Shown: positions 1 to 13,238, numbered from the whole stretch's first letter. The stretch: 62,889 nt of DNA, filler included, from Chiloscyllium plagiosum (GCF_004010195.1; 5 parts of one record of this genome joined end to end with filler, not necessarily neighbours in it); one strand, 5' to 3'. Notes: generated by a model from the sequence alone, not told the origin. Made by a program: numbers and translations.

Positions 1-298
1 CCATGACTTGTCCGGACTTGTCCTACCTGCCTATCTCCTTTTCCACTTATCCACTCCCTCTCCTCCCTGACCTATTTCCTTCATCCCCTCCCCCACTCAC
101 CTATTGTACTCTATGCTACTTTCCTCCCACCCCCACCCTCCTCTAGCTTATCTCTCCACGCTTCAGGCTCTCTGCTTTTATTCCTGATGAAGGGCTTTGC
201 CCGAAACGTTGATTTCGCTGCTGCCTGAACTGCTGTGCTCTTCCAGCACCACTAATCCAGAATCTGGTTTCCAGCATCTGCAGTCATTGTTTTTACCT
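1..298 (+). mobile_element. Penelope-like element 3' terminal repeat (pLTR-type) with hammerhead-like core
   Basis: Pyrimidine-rich body, then CTGATGA-A-GGGC-TTT-GCCC-GAAAC-GTT (184-210) and the tail ...ccagcatctgcagtcattgtttttac; same family as 34629-34923 and 46790-47080. Confidence 0.75.
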
Positions 299-1706
299 CA
301 CCAATCTGTGATTAAACCTACTGAGGAACATAAGTGACAAGATGCTCAAGAAAGAAGTTCACTTAGTTGAAGACTACATGATCTATGTAGTATAAAGAGG
401 TATTTAACCTTATGTCTCGGACTACAGCCAAGGTTTCAGTTTTTGGATAACATTCATAAACAATTCAATCTTTACTCTTGTAGTCTATAATAAAACCGAA
501 CTCTTCAGGAAGATATGTTGTGGCCTCATAGAACATGACCAGCTAACTATTATTTTCTGTGTAACGAAGGTAAAGATTTTAAGTTTCAAAGCTTCCAGCA
601 TACATAAGATTGAAGGTTTGAAAATTTAAAGTTTTGACTGTTAATCCAGCTGCTAGAACATCAAAATACCTGTCAGTTGGGGTCAAGATTACATTCAAGG
701 AGGATATGAACTCCCAGAAGCTAGGGCAGATGTATTGAATGGAAACTCTGAAGCTTTAACTTTAGCTTTGAACTAAACTGAAACAGGTGAATCTTTAAGG
801 GTTTTGTTACAGCTTGAATCAACATTACTAAAGAGGCCTTATTGTTAGAAGAATCACACACTAAATATTGAACTGTGACTTTTATAAAATTGTCAGGGAA
901 TGATTTATTTTTATTTAAAATAAATGGTGGGGATGAAAACTTTAAATTATATAGAATAAAAAGTAATCTTTTTTCAATGTAGTGAGCTTTTATGGAGATA
1001 TTTCTTTCAAATGCAGCAAAGGATATTCTGAAGAGACTGCTGGAAAATTCTATCATGAATTTATGCATATTACTTCCCTGATATGAGATGAGATTCTGAA
1101 AAACATTCAGGACTGAATGAATTACCACAGCAAGCTGCCATTGATTTTTACAGGCCCAGTCACTGAGGACATATATGATTTAGTGCTGTTATTTAGCCTG
1201 CAGGTCTTCTTAAACCTCTGCAGTTTCTGCTGTTTTCCATTAGTCTCTACTTTGTTGAATATCAATGCTTTTCAAAACAACTTAATCTAAAAGTTGTTGA
1301 TGTATCTCATAATATATCACCAAAATACAGTATAAACTTTAAAACAAAACATGGTGTTTCATGATTATAATAAAGCTTGTTTTGTGTTACAGGCATTAAA
1401 TAGCAATCTTAGCTATGGCTTGCAAAACCAAGCCGAGAACCTGCATTACAAATCACCTTGGCTGATTCCTGTGCCGCAGATGTAGGTTTTAGGATATATT
1501 TTCTGTACAATGCTTATTCTGAAAAAAAAAATTATTTGTTTTTATAAAGTGAAAATGAATTTATCACACTTTCAAGGTCTGAAACAAAATCCAATTAGGT
1601 TACTCCTTAATTTACAAGTAGCTGTTACTTGCTACACTAGCAAGCTAATGTGAGAAGGTCATATTCTGGTTTGAATACTTTATTGTCAGTGATCCATCTT
1701 TCTCTA

Positions 1707-1822
1707 GATATTATCTCATCAACCTGTTCAGAGATGTTGTGACACAACATGGAGCAGCTGAGACTTGAACCTGGGTATCCTGGCCCTGAGGTGGGGACTT
1801 CATCACTGTGCTACAAAAACCC
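1707..1822 (-). mobile_element. Short tRNA-derived SINE
   Basis: Reverse strand has A-box-like tagcacagtg and B-box-like ggttcaagtc at tRNA spacing. Confidence 0.55.
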
Positions 1823-2126
1823 CAAATCCTCCTTTCTCTATGCAGAGTCAGGGCATATCTAATCATCAGAGATAGAGGTTCGACTAAGAGTGCATCTAAG
1901 GAGAGCATGCACTGTCTTACATAATGAGATAGTTCATGACGCAGCAGCAATAGGTACAATTTATGTAAAGTTGCTAGGTGTAATTATTTGGGACTATCAG
2001 GAGCTTGGGAACTCAGACAGATCTCAACTACCTCACCCAAAAACAAATGACCTAGTTAGATTAAGTGGAACTCAATGAAGCGTGAACAATAACTCCTTGA
2101 GAACCATTTATGTAGACAATATCTCC

Positions 2127-2235
2127 CTCGAAATGTCAACTTCTTCACCTCCTGATGCTGCCTGGCTTGCTGTGTTCCTCCAGCTTCCTGCTTATCTACC
2201 TTAGATTCCAGCATCTGGAGTTTTTTTTTGTCTCT
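2127..2235 (+). mobile_element. 5'-truncated PLE-type terminal fragment
   Basis: cgaaatgtcaac...gatgctgcctggcttgctgtg...ccagcatctg; 9-bp direct repeat aatatctcc at 2118-2126 and 2236-2244. Confidence 0.7.
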
Positions 2236-3269
2236 AATATCTCCACGAAGTAATTATTCCCCACAGTTAACCATTATACATTCATGTAAATACTGATGTG
2301 ACGTTTACCATTATCTCTGAGTCCACAAATTCAGGCCATCTGGATTTTCCAAGAGTGCAATCTCTTTGGGTTTGGAAAAGTGTTAGTTCTTTTGCTTGTG
2401 GATGATTGATGTTGATTTTGAAGCTCAGCAAGTCAGTTCTCAACTGGAGGATCTTACATCTCTTGGAAATCCTTCTCCAAGGATATTATTTCTGAATCAT
2501 TGGTCGATTATTTTGGTTAGAGAACTGTTTATCTCCTGAATCCCCTTCACAGAGGAACTCTTCCCTATGAACTCAGAAACCTTTATGGTTGTCCATTAAC
2601 GAAAACCACTGCTCTTGAAAAACAAGTTTTGTTTTCCTCGCTGTAGTCTGGATTTCAGAACCAAGCAATTAATGTTTGATTTGAATAGGCATTCTCTTTT
2701 GTGTTCAACCAGATGGTAGTTTCCTTTTCTCCATCTCCTGAAGCTACAGACATCGGTCTGGCTCCCATGGAATCGTATGCAGCTTATTTCATGTTATTCG
2801 AGCAAATCTGTACTTTCCATCTGCTGATACATTTGGGTTGAAGAGTATAAACTTTTAACTTTAACTTTTAAATCAGTTGAACACCTTTGGTTGATGTTTA
2901 TGGCTGCATAACCAGTGAACTAAACTTTTTCACATTCTCAGTTAACGTTACTGAATGATTGCTGCTCCTGCAGCACTACATTTTTCACTCACATTGACTG
3001 TTCTGTTTCAGAAGGCAGAGGATTGGACATTTCTCCCAATACTGTAAAATAAATTGGCAGGCCTGTTCCCTTCCTGGTGTAATGTGGAAAATGGTGAGAC
3101 ATTTGGTACAATATGTTCAGAATGAGAAAATCTGAAGCTTGACTGTGAGAAAGATTTCCCAATTTTCCCCTTAAGATTTAAAACGCAGCTTCAGGATCTC
3201 ACTGTTTAGGGGCAGTTACTTTATTTCCTTAAAATTGCATCTCATTATTAGTCCAACTTGACTCATTTC

Positions 3270-4589
3270 CAGAGTCGAGGGTGTGGTGCTAGGAAAGCAC
3301 ATCTGGCCAGTCAGCATCTGAGGAGCAGGAGAATCGATGTTTTGAGCATGAGCCCTTCATCAGGAATGAGGCTTGAGAGCCAAGGGAGTAGAGAGATAAA
3401 TGGCAAGGGGGATTGCGCTGGGGGGAAGGTAGCTCAGCGTGTGATAGGTATAAATGGGAGGGAGGGAGGGGGGTGGGGCTGGTGGGAAGGTAGTGTGATA
3501 AATGGGTGAGGGGTGTGGCTGTGTGGGAGGTCACTCAGAGTGCGATAGGTACCTTCCCCCCAGCCCAGCCCCACCCCTACCCCTACCCCTACCCCCCTCC
3601 CATTTATACTTATCACACACTGANNNNNNNNNNNNNNNNNNNNNNNNNNNNNNNNNNNNNNNNNNNNNNNNNNNNNNNNNNNNNNNNNNNNNNNNNNNNN
3701 NNNNNNNNNNNNNNNNNNNNNNNNNNNNNNNNNNNNNNNNNNNNNNNNNNNNNNNNNNNNNNNNNNNNNNNNNNNNNNNNNNNNNNNNNNNNNNNNNNNN
3801 NNNNNNNNNNNNNNNNNNNNNNNNNNNNNNNNNNNNNNNNNNNNNNNNNNNNNNNNNNNNNNNNNNNNNNNNNNNNNNNNNNNNNNNNNNNNNNNNNNNN
3901 NNNNNNNNNNNNNNNNNNNNNNNNNNNNNNNNNNNNNNNNNNNNNNNNNNNNNNNNNNNNNNNNNNNNNNNNNNNNNNNNNNNNNNNNNNNNNNNNNNNN
4001 NNNNNNNNNNNNNNNNNNNNNNNNNNNNNNNNNNNNNNNNNNNNNNNNNNNNNNNNNNNNNNNNNNNNNNNNNNNNNNNNNNNNNNNNNNNNNNNNNNNN
4101 NNNNNNNNNNNNNNNNNNNNNNNNNNNNNNNNNNNNNNNNNNNNNNNNNNNNNNNNNNNNNNNNNNNNNNNNNNNNNNNNNNNNNNNNNNNNNNNNNNNN
4201 NNNNNNTCCCACAGTCCAAAGATGTGCAGGTCAGGTGAATTGGCCATGCTAAATTGCCCATAGTGTTAGGTAAGGGGTAAATGTAGGGGTATGGGTGGGT
4301 TGCGCTTCGGCGGGTCAGTGTGGACTTGTTGGGCCGAAAGGGCCTGTTTCCACACTGTAATGTAATCGTAATCTAATCTAATCTAATCTCTGAGCTACCT
4401 TCCCCCCAGCTCCATTCCCCCCTCCCATTTATATCTCTATCCCCTTGGCTCTCAAGCCTAATTCCTGATGAAGGGCTTATGCCTGAAATGTCGATTCACC
4501 TGCTCCTCAGATGCTGTCTGACCTGCTGTGCTTTTCCAGCAACACACTCTCTCTGATCTCCAGTATCTACAGTCCTCACATTTTTCTAA
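3270..4589. mobile_element. Palindromic PLE-type element (inverted pLTRs) with internal gap and nested SINE
   Basis: 3270-3437 is the reverse complement of ~4390-4555; inner inverted pair 3434-3492/3550-3623; flanking repeat ttgactc[a/c]tttc at 3258-3269 and 4590-4601. Confidence 0.8.
4207..4388 (+). mobile_element. HE1-type V-SINE, 3' half (5' part in gap)
   Basis: cccacagtccaaagatgtgcagg...gccatgctaaattgccc...gggcctgtttccacactgt followed by (TAATC)n tail. Confidence 0.88.
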
Positions 4590-6970
4590 TTGACTCCTTT
4601 CTATTCTAATTCCAATTCTCCTCTCTTTCCCTGAGAAATTAAAAGGTGCAAATGCTCAATGTGAAAGTCAAGAATGAGTACCTGGTGACTCTAGCCTGTC
4701 CCTGCTCTCATCCAACTCTATCTTCATCCACAACATCCCTGAATGCTTCATGAATACCTAACTCCTCAACCCTTCACTATGGAAGTCAACATCAGCAAAC
4801 TACCAGCCTCACCACCACATTGTGCCTACTCTCACACACCAATTTAGTTCTCCAACATTTTATTTTGGAGTGTGAGGACATCTACTTCCTGCATAATTCT
4901 GCCAGCTATTCTTCTGTGCAGGGGCACAAACGCATGTCATGCAACTACACAGAATGCCTCTTATGGCCCTTAGCTTTATTTTTTTAGTGCTCACTCATTT
5001 TTTGCTTACTTGAAAGTTGTCAGCCTCTGTGTTATGCATTGTTTTTTAATGCAGCGGGAAAGGCAGTCAACTCCTTATGATTGGGAGTCTGACAGTCAAG
5101 GCTGAGGATACATCGCTGTGGAGGACTGTGCTACCTCAACACCATACCTGTAACCTGTACAAACGGCTCACATGGAAAACAAACTGTATGTGCCTGAAGC
5201 AAATGTCCATTTGTGACGGGCAATGGGAGCACTCCTTAATGAGGTGAAAGGGGATCACAGACCATAAGAGATTACTACCACAGTCAGCCAAGAGGCTTGA
5301 ATGAAACCTATCCAAGGATTGACCATGGTCAGATGGGTGATGGTTCTACCACAGACCAGGGATCCGTGTCCTTGCCATCCATGGATTAGGCCACAGTCAG
5401 TCCTGTAGGTCAAGTGCAACCAGTCTTGGCATTACAGATATATCAGTCAGGGTCCTGCAGATGTAACATTCCGAGGCCTGGGCTGGGTTCAGTTAAGGTC
5501 TTCCTGCCAATTGAGCCTGGGGGGTTGGGCCACAGTCTTGGTTGCAATTTTGTATAGTAATGATCAGGGGTCTCATTAGGAGAATTCTGGGCAAAGTGAG
5601 AAACTCAAGTCGACGTGGACACAAAGTTGAAACCTTGCTATTTTCATCTCATAATAACAAAACAAAATTGCTACCACCGCATTAGTTTGGGTGAAATAAA
5701 TTATTTACTTTTGGGGAGGAATGTAAAATTGTTTGAATATGGGGCTTGTGGGGAGCAATCATGCATCTTTTAATACATCTAGCATCAAATTGCACTTCAT
5801 TGGCAGACCCTTTATTGTCTAAGCTTGAACATTACAGATTATGGCTTTAAGTAATCAAGACTTCACTAATTGCCTCTTTGTCATTGTCACCTGAGTAAAC
5901 ATTGCCAGAAAGCTAACTTAAAAGTGACTTCTGAGTACATTGGTACTTCTGAAACACATCAGTGCATGATAATGCTTCAGAGCTGCCATGTTTACACATT
6001 GAACTATATGTACAAGGACATGGTCTGTGCTGTGCGAGAATGTCATTTTTTGGGGGGGGCTTACTGCCAAAATACCACACCTTCAATGTAACATAACCAC
6101 TTTGGTCAGGCAATGTACCTTACAATAATATTAATTGCCACCCAGCTGCTGGTCAAGACATGGCATTGACCTCTTTAGGAATTCTTCATGCTGTACTATA
6201 TAACATGATGCATGATGTGAGGGGCCATGAGCACTATAACTGGAAGCTGTTCTATTTCTGGCATTCCCCATTGATTGTTGGCTCACACATCTGACATGGA
6301 CAGCACTGTGCCTGGAGTTCTTGTGGTGTTGCTTCAAATGTGAAGACAACATTGAATGAGTGATCAATTACAACATTTTGACAAAGCTCATCAAGAACAC
6401 GAACATCCAGCAGTTGCTGCAATGTCTCTGTTCAAGATGCCCCAAGGAGCTGGATAACAATAATGACACCCTGCAGCTACAGGCTTCTCTATAATTTTCT
6501 ATTGCTCCCAGATAGACAATGTAGACACCAAATAAGGATGTCCCTGGCCTTCAGTCCTAAATTGCATTATTTGCTAGAGCAGGGCTTGTACTTGGAAGGA
6601 CTGGATAACAATCCCATTCTAGGCCGCAGCTTCCCTGAAATTTTGTTCGAGTAGCTAATTTCAAGGAACAAGTCAGACCGTTTGTAGCCTCATCCAATTA
6701 TCTTTTTATTTACCAAGGAAACCTGTCCTCTCCTTCCTCGTGGAGTGTGTCAAACAGCCTGCGCTGGTGGTTTCCCCACCAATGTGAGCATCCCCAGGTA
6801 CAGGGCACTATAGATTGCACACATGTTTCTTTGGGGGAGGGGGTGGTGGTGTGCCCTATCATTAACCTACAAGGTTTGTCAACAGAAAAGGCTTGCAGTT
6901 AGTCAATGATCAAATTATATGTAACCACTGAGGTGAGGTTTTGGGTTTGGTGCCAGATACCTAGGAAGCT

Positions 6971-7883
6971 TGGTTAGCATGTTTGTGGATTGCAAAGGTT
7001 TGTGGATACCAAAATAGCTTTTATTGAGACAGCAAAGAAGGTTATGTAAGCGTACAAAGGGATCTGAATCTGTTGAGCTAATGGGCCAAGGAGTAGCAGA
7101 TGGAGTTTAATTTAGATAAACACTAGGTGTTGCATTTTGATAAAACAAACAAGGACAGGAGTTACGCAGTTAATGGTAGGACTCTGGGGAGTGTTGTTGA
7201 ACAAAGAGACCTTGAGACCTTGAAAGTTGTGTCACAGGTAAATAGGATGGTAAAGAAGGCATTTAGCATGCTTGTCTTTGTTGCTCAGACTAATGAGTGT
7301 TGGAATTGGGAGGTCATGTGGCGGTTCTACTAGACATGAGTTTAGGCCAGTTTTGTGAACAGTTCTGGTTGCCCTTCCAAAGAAGGAAATCATTTGATTG
7401 GAAAGGGTGCAGAAAAGATCTGTCAGGATATTATTGGGACTGGAGGGTCTGAGTTATAAGGAGAGGCTGAATAGGCTGGGACTTTATTCCATAGAATGTA
7501 GGAGGTTGAGGTGTGAACTTATGGGGGTTCATAAAATCATAGGGGCATAGATAGGGTGAATAGCAAAAGTCTTTTCCCTGGGGTGAGGGAGTTCAAAACT
7601 AGAATGCATAATTTTAAGGTGAGAGGCAGAAGATTTCGAAAGGACGTGAGGGCCAACGTTTTCAGAGAGGGTGCTTCGCATGTGGAATGAACTGCCAGAG
7701 GAAGTGGTTGGTGCAGGTACAGTTACAACATTTAAAAGACATTTGGACAGGTACATAAGTAGGAGAGGTAAGGAGGGATATGGGGCAATTGCAGGCAAAT
7801 GAGAATAGTTTAGCTTAGGAAACCTGGTCAGCGTGGATGAGCATGGTCTGTTTCTGTGCTGTATGATCCAATGACTCTATGAA
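6971..7883 (+). mobile_element. CR1/HER1 LINE, 5'-truncated and decayed
   Basis: RT C-terminal motifs (QMEFNLDK, VLHF, VEQRDL, VKKAF) and the CR1 3' end ...ctgtttctgtgctgtatga..gactctatg. Confidence 0.88.
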
Positions 7884-7949
7884 TGCCATGATGAGAAGAT
7901 ACTAGAGAACATATAGATTCCTACAACCTTTCAATCCTTGAGCCATACA

Positions 7950-8256
7950 GGGCGGCATGGTGGCACAGTGGTTAGCACTGCTGCCACACAGCGCCAGAGA
8001 GCCGGGTTAAATTCCCGCCTCAGGCGACTGACTGTGTGGAGTTTGCACATTCTCCCCGGGTCTGTGCGGGTTTCCTCCGGGTACTCCGGTTTCCTCCCAC
8101 AGTCCAAAAATGTGCAGGTTAGGTGAATTGGCCATGCTAAATTGCCCGTAGTGTTAGGTGAAGGGGTAAATGTAAGGGAATGGGTCTGGGTGGTTTGTGG
8201 ACTTGTTGGGCTGAAGGGCCTGTTTCCACACTGTAAGTAATCTAATCTAAGTAATC
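7950..8256 (+). mobile_element. HE1-type V-SINE, near full length
   Basis: tRNA head gggcggcatggtggcacagtggttagcactg, V-domain ctgtgtggagtttgcacattctcccc, CR1-like 3' end and (TAATC)n tail. Confidence 0.92.
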
Positions 8257-9844
8257 ATAAGGGCTACCCCTCCAAAAATGGCTCATGACACCTTTACAAA
8301 ATCATCCAAGATTGAAGTAAAACTAAAGGCACAATGTTGCTCATGTTTCCACCATAACTGGGATGCAACTGATTATCAGCCTCTTTAAGACAAAGTTTCA
8401 ATGCCTGAACTGCTCCTTGCAGTATAGCCAGGAAAGGCTGTGCCACACTCCTTATGGCATGCTGTGCCTTTCACAAATAGAACTGGCAAAGTACAGAATG
8501 TCCTGGATGCAGAGGAAATGGGGGGAGAATGAAGATGAATGTGAGGATTAGGACATTGACCAGGACGGTCATCCTCACCTTTACCTTCCAAGAGAACATG
8601 TCGGAGCAATACACCAACGGGTGCAACAGAGCCACAAAAAACCAACTTGAAGCCAGTTTCCATGATGAGTGAGATGTGTTTGGAATTTCTTTAATTGTGC
8701 AACTTGCTATTGATTATATGGTAAACAATCCCTGCTAGTACAAAGGACATATGGTCTCACTAAGTTTTGCAGTTCTTAACGATTTCTGTTTGACTATCCA
8801 TATGATTATACATTTGATATCTTGAGGTGATCTCACTATGCACCTCCACAAAATCATTAATTGGTCAGACAACAGGGTGGTTTTCTGCCGAGGGCCAAAC
8901 AGATCTCTGCAATCCTTTCAATGGCAGTGATCTAGGCCATTTCTTCCTCAGCCAGCTGCAAGATATGTTAGGGATGTGTCCGTTAGATTGTATCCTGGAG
9001 TTGGTCAACATGGAATACATACCGAGGTGTAAGTCTCTGAGTTGGTGGAAGCTGCAAGCAGAGGCCTGGGCTGGTGCATCATCTGAGGGGTCATTAACTT
9101 GTTCCCTAGAGGTTGAGGTGGAGCTGAGCATCTCTGGCACCGGCCTCTTCGGGACTGAGATTTACTGAGATCTAACAGCCTAAGATTTGAGAGGAAATGG
9201 TCCTAATTAGCAGTATTGACTCCCCCCAGTGAGTGTGAGGTGACAGGGAGAAAAGTCTGGCATTTATCCTGATGGAGCAGTGAAGGTCATTGACCTTCTT
9301 TCTGCATAACTAGCTGTCCCCCTGCACTCTGGAGATGGCACTGATCTGGGTGGTGACTTCAGGTCAAGTGACCAGAGTCTGATGGCAAGGCATCGCCTGC
9401 CATGTGGTACAAGAAGAAGATGTCACTTGTCTGGACAAATCCCTACAACTTCAGGTTCCTGACAGAGAATCACAGTACCATCCTCCTGTTCACTGACATG
9501 TTCAGATTCTGTCCTTGACCAAGCATGGCTGCTTCAGAATGCCAGTGCACATCGAGGCATCTTAAAGGTTTTTCCAAATGGCGTAGATACAAAAGTGTTT
9601 CGGCAGATACCTGCTGAATGGCAAGTTGTTCTGGAAATGGTGCATGGGTAGAAATCACATGTGAGAGAAGTCAGAGAGATGAAGTAGGTAATTAATCAGG
9701 CAAGTTGAAAATAAGAATTTTATCACAGAAGCATTGCTTTAACAGGGAGTCATTGTAGGTCAGTGAGCATAGAATGAAAGGGATTTGGTAATTAGAACAG
9801 GAGCAATGGAATTTTGAATGATCTCTAGTTTATAGCAGGTAAGA

Positions 9845-10002
9845 GCTGAAAATGTGTTGCTGGAAAAGCACAGCAGGTCAGGCAGCATCCAAGGAACAGG
9901 AGAATCGACGTTTCGGGCATAAGCCCTTCTTTAGGCTTATGCNCTTTTCCAGCAACACATTTTCAGCTCTGATCTCCAGCATCTGCAATCCTCACTTTCT
10001 CC
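9845..10002. mobile_element. Short hairpin PLE-type element
   Basis: Inverted arms 9842-9868/9944-9970, minus-strand hammerhead-like core 9907-9934, exact 14-bp direct repeat tatagcaggtaaga at 9831-9844 and 10003-10016. Confidence 0.82.
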
Positions 10003-10279
10003 TATAGCAGGTAAGACTTTGGAAGCTGGCGTGGAGTGCAATAGAATAGTCATATCTGGAGGGAACAAAGTGATTGATGATGTTAATAACTAATCAACTG
10101 AATGCTGATGAAATAGAGCACTTTTCAGTTCACAGTTGATACTCAGGTTGGATGACAGTACACTGTGGTAACCCACAGTTAGTGTGAGGCTATTTCTCTT
10201 ATATGCTCCTGAAGTTTCCCAGGAAACAAATCAGGAGCATGGTTAACTGAAAAAGGTTGTAAGCAACTTCACAATGATA

Positions 10280-10502
10280 TACTGAGAGTTATTTGACAAT
10301 GCAATGGTTGCATTCTCGTGCAACCACGCATTATCGAAAAATTGCGCTTTAGAAACAGTGCTTAAAGTGTTGAAGATGTAATTACATTAAAGCCAACACG
10401 TATTTTAAAAGTTCGTGCTTTAGACACAGTGTCCCCAATTTGTCAGTTCCTTAACAGCAAATTCGCATTAACAAAACATGTGTTATAGCAGAGCAATCCG
10501 TA
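10280..10502. mobile_element. Possible Tigger/pogo-like MITE remnant
   Basis: Right end ...gttatagcagagcaatccgta resembles a TcMar/Tigger TIR plus TA; internal gctttagaaacagtg repeats; left TIR decayed. Confidence 0.45.
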
Positions 10503-11095
10503 TTCAGCTTAGTAATTGGGAAAATGTCTAATTAAATGTAGTGCTATTACATGCAAGGTGGTAGATTTTGGATGAATGAATAGGGACACCTAACACCTTA
10601 AATGGTAATATTTTAAAAGATGATGAGGAGGAGACTAACATGGATTCACCCATGTTTACAAGTAGAAGGGCAAGCTGGTTAAGTTGTATTGTTAAAAAAA
10701 TGGAGCTTAGTTTTATAAATAAGGAGTAAAGAGTACAATAAGAGTGATAGTAATAAATGTGTATTAATGATTGAATTTGCTCCAGTTAAAATTTTATCTC
10801 CAAATCTATAGTAACACAGGAACTGGAGTAGGCCATTCAGCCCCTCAAGTCTATTCTGATACTGTTCTTTGAACAACGTGTGAAGACCATGGAAAAGGTG
10901 CAGAAGAAGCCCACTGATAAGACACTAAGGATAAAAAATTTGAGGAAAGATCAAAGAAACGGGAGATCTTTTTAATTTGAATAGAAGTTGTAAGATCTGA
11001 TATGATCTTCAAAACTGTGAAGGATCTTCATAAGGTAAATGCAAAAGAAATCACTGCTTATCTATTTGGTAATTAAGGGGAATAAATTCAACATC
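10503..11095 (+). mobile_element. Old, heavily decayed CR1 LINE fragment
   Basis: Remnant W..KFNVVKC-like and tggaaaaggtgcagaagaag motifs. Confidence 0.5.
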
Positions 11096-13238
11096 TCTGA
11101 CATCATCACACCCTTGAAAAATGCTAATAACCAGTCATCTCTTCCTCATGGTAATTTGAGATGTTCTGTAAGATAAGGTATCACGTCGTCTCATTTTATG
11201 TGCAGTCCTCAGAGCATTCCTGGGACAGTTATTGATAAGTTGTTGTGAAGATTAGACAAAATGTTTTAAAACCCCTTTTCAAATCACCAGTAACAAGTGA
11301 ACAGTAAAAAGTGTCACGCTTGTATGTAGCCCTCCAAATCCTCTGTACCCAATTTGTTCATGCCCAATTAATTGGTTAATGTTAGAGAAAAGGATAGATC
11401 AAGCAATATCTACTAAAATGCCATGCTCATTTGGTAATCACTGCCAGCAGGCAATTTAAAAAGTCATCTGGTATTCATGATGTGCGGAGTGGTCATTCCT
11501 AGTGTACAGTTCAACTCCTTTACCAAACTGATGACTTGTAATGATCCCAGCTTAAACTGGCCATTAATAGAGGTTAATCCTCTATCTTGATCATCCAAGA
11601 GGCTGATTAGCTCACGTATCAATGGAAAATCTTTTGTTGCAACCCAATACTGTTAATTGAGAGTCATTTAATGATTTTAAGCACTAACTTCGCTGTTATT
11701 GATGTTACTTAATTAAACTTCTGGAAAATCAAATATTTTTAGTTCAGAAACTCTTTCAAGGCATGAGGAATATATTATAGATTTTAAAGTTTAAATGGAT
11801 GAATAATTGAAGATATGTCACTATAAGCAGTTGTGAAAAATAAAAAAAACTTAGAAAAGACAAGGAGATAATTAGTTTTTCCAAAGGACATCCAGAGCAT
11901 CTAAAATGTGTGTAAATCTGATTGATTGATGGATAGCCAACTTCATGACCCTATTGAATGACCTACAGACACTATTACATTTACTGTACTTTCAGAAACC
12001 CAGAATTTCAAATGAATTAGACAATTCTACTGTCATCATTGCTATCATGAGAAAGAAGCTGAGGGTGTTGGCTCACCTGAATAAACCATTAATCATCCAT
12101 GTGCAATTTGAATGCATTACATACACAATACATATTTTAATGTGCCCCCAGTGAACAGTTATTCCATCAATGACTATTGAACAAGGCTTCAGCTGCCTCA
12201 AATATGGTATCTCATTCCACTCTCCATGCCTTGTGTCTGCAACAACCTCAAAGTTAATGCAAATGATGCATTAAACAAGCTCTGTCTTTTACTCACCATT
12301 ACTGGCCAATAATACTCCTGTCCTAACAGCATAAAGAGAAACACAAGCAGCGATTCCTAGGCTTATATATTTTCAGTTATGTAGAAGAACGCCCTGGAGA
12401 AAGTTTGTATTGTTTCAGAGTAGAATTTAGAGCTGATGTAACAGTTCTGCAGTTTTACTGCCTTCTGATGTATGGTTTTGGAAAAGCCAGCAGCAACACT
12501 GAAGTAATCTTGCTCGCCTGACTAAGGTGACAATTGGGAAAATCCTTTTTTAGCGGTACATTTTCCCCTTGGTTATGCTAGCAACTTTACTGACAAGCAT
12601 GTAAGACCCATGTCTTAAGATTGATTGTATTAAGCGCCATATTAATGAGGTTTAAATTATCTATATTCCCACCAGCAACCACTGCACTGAATGTGTGCCC
12701 TCTTTGTAATTCTGTTTGTAATATTTGTTGCACTTTCATCACAGCATTGCTAATTGCTCAAGATTAATTGGCAATTTATTTGAAAATAATACAGAAAGAT
12801 AAGTGGGTTAACAATCAATGTTGTTTGATGGACAAAAACACAATGAGTGGAAAAGCAGTTATTTCCTCCATTGCTAAATTGAAATTGAACAATAATATTT
12901 ATTTCCATAGACTCCATCTCCACCATTGAGGGTTATACATCAAATTAACTTGAATGGTCTCAACCAAATCTGCAGTATTGATCAAACTCTCCTTAATTTG
13001 ACAGAATTTATCAATTTTATTTAGTTGGACTGCCATTGTGAAGAAGGGGAAGTTTAACTTTCAATCTAGCCAGATGATACTTGGCTTAGGATTGCTTGAT
13101 AGTTAACAACAGATTCTTAAATGTGAAAAATCAGAAGTAATCACCTTGGTCAGTACAGAAACTGACATTAACAGTAAATTTGCATGTGTGGGAAGTGCGG
13201 CTTCTGATATTGCTGTTAATTTCAGGATCTGAAATTTC

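Larger units (their letters stand above)
6780..8500 (+). pseudogene. PIF/Harbinger DDE transposase fossil interrupted by a CR1 and a SINE
   Basis: Ordered motifs PQVQGTIDCTHV (~6794-6829), FVNRKG, RY(L)GS | CR1 | CHDEKIL (7884-) | SINE | KGYP, KWLMTPL, ISLFKTKFQCL..LQYS, ACCAFH. Confidence 0.8.

Noticed and set aside
721..1128. 135-aa minus-strand ORF
   Set aside because: AT-rich, no recognisable domain or splice context; likely chance or the antisense of a decayed element
2300..2335. Minus-strand GAATTTGTGGAC (EFVD) as the next SLC44A1 exon
   Set aside because: No AG acceptor or polypyrimidine tract upstream, and the downstream residues do not match
3434..4263. Long ORFs in the track here and at 50080-51241
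   Set aside because: They are open only because they read through N runs
7950..8025. tRNA-like A/B boxes as tRNA genes
   Set aside because: They are the heads of HE1-type SINEs and continue into the V domain and LINE-like tail
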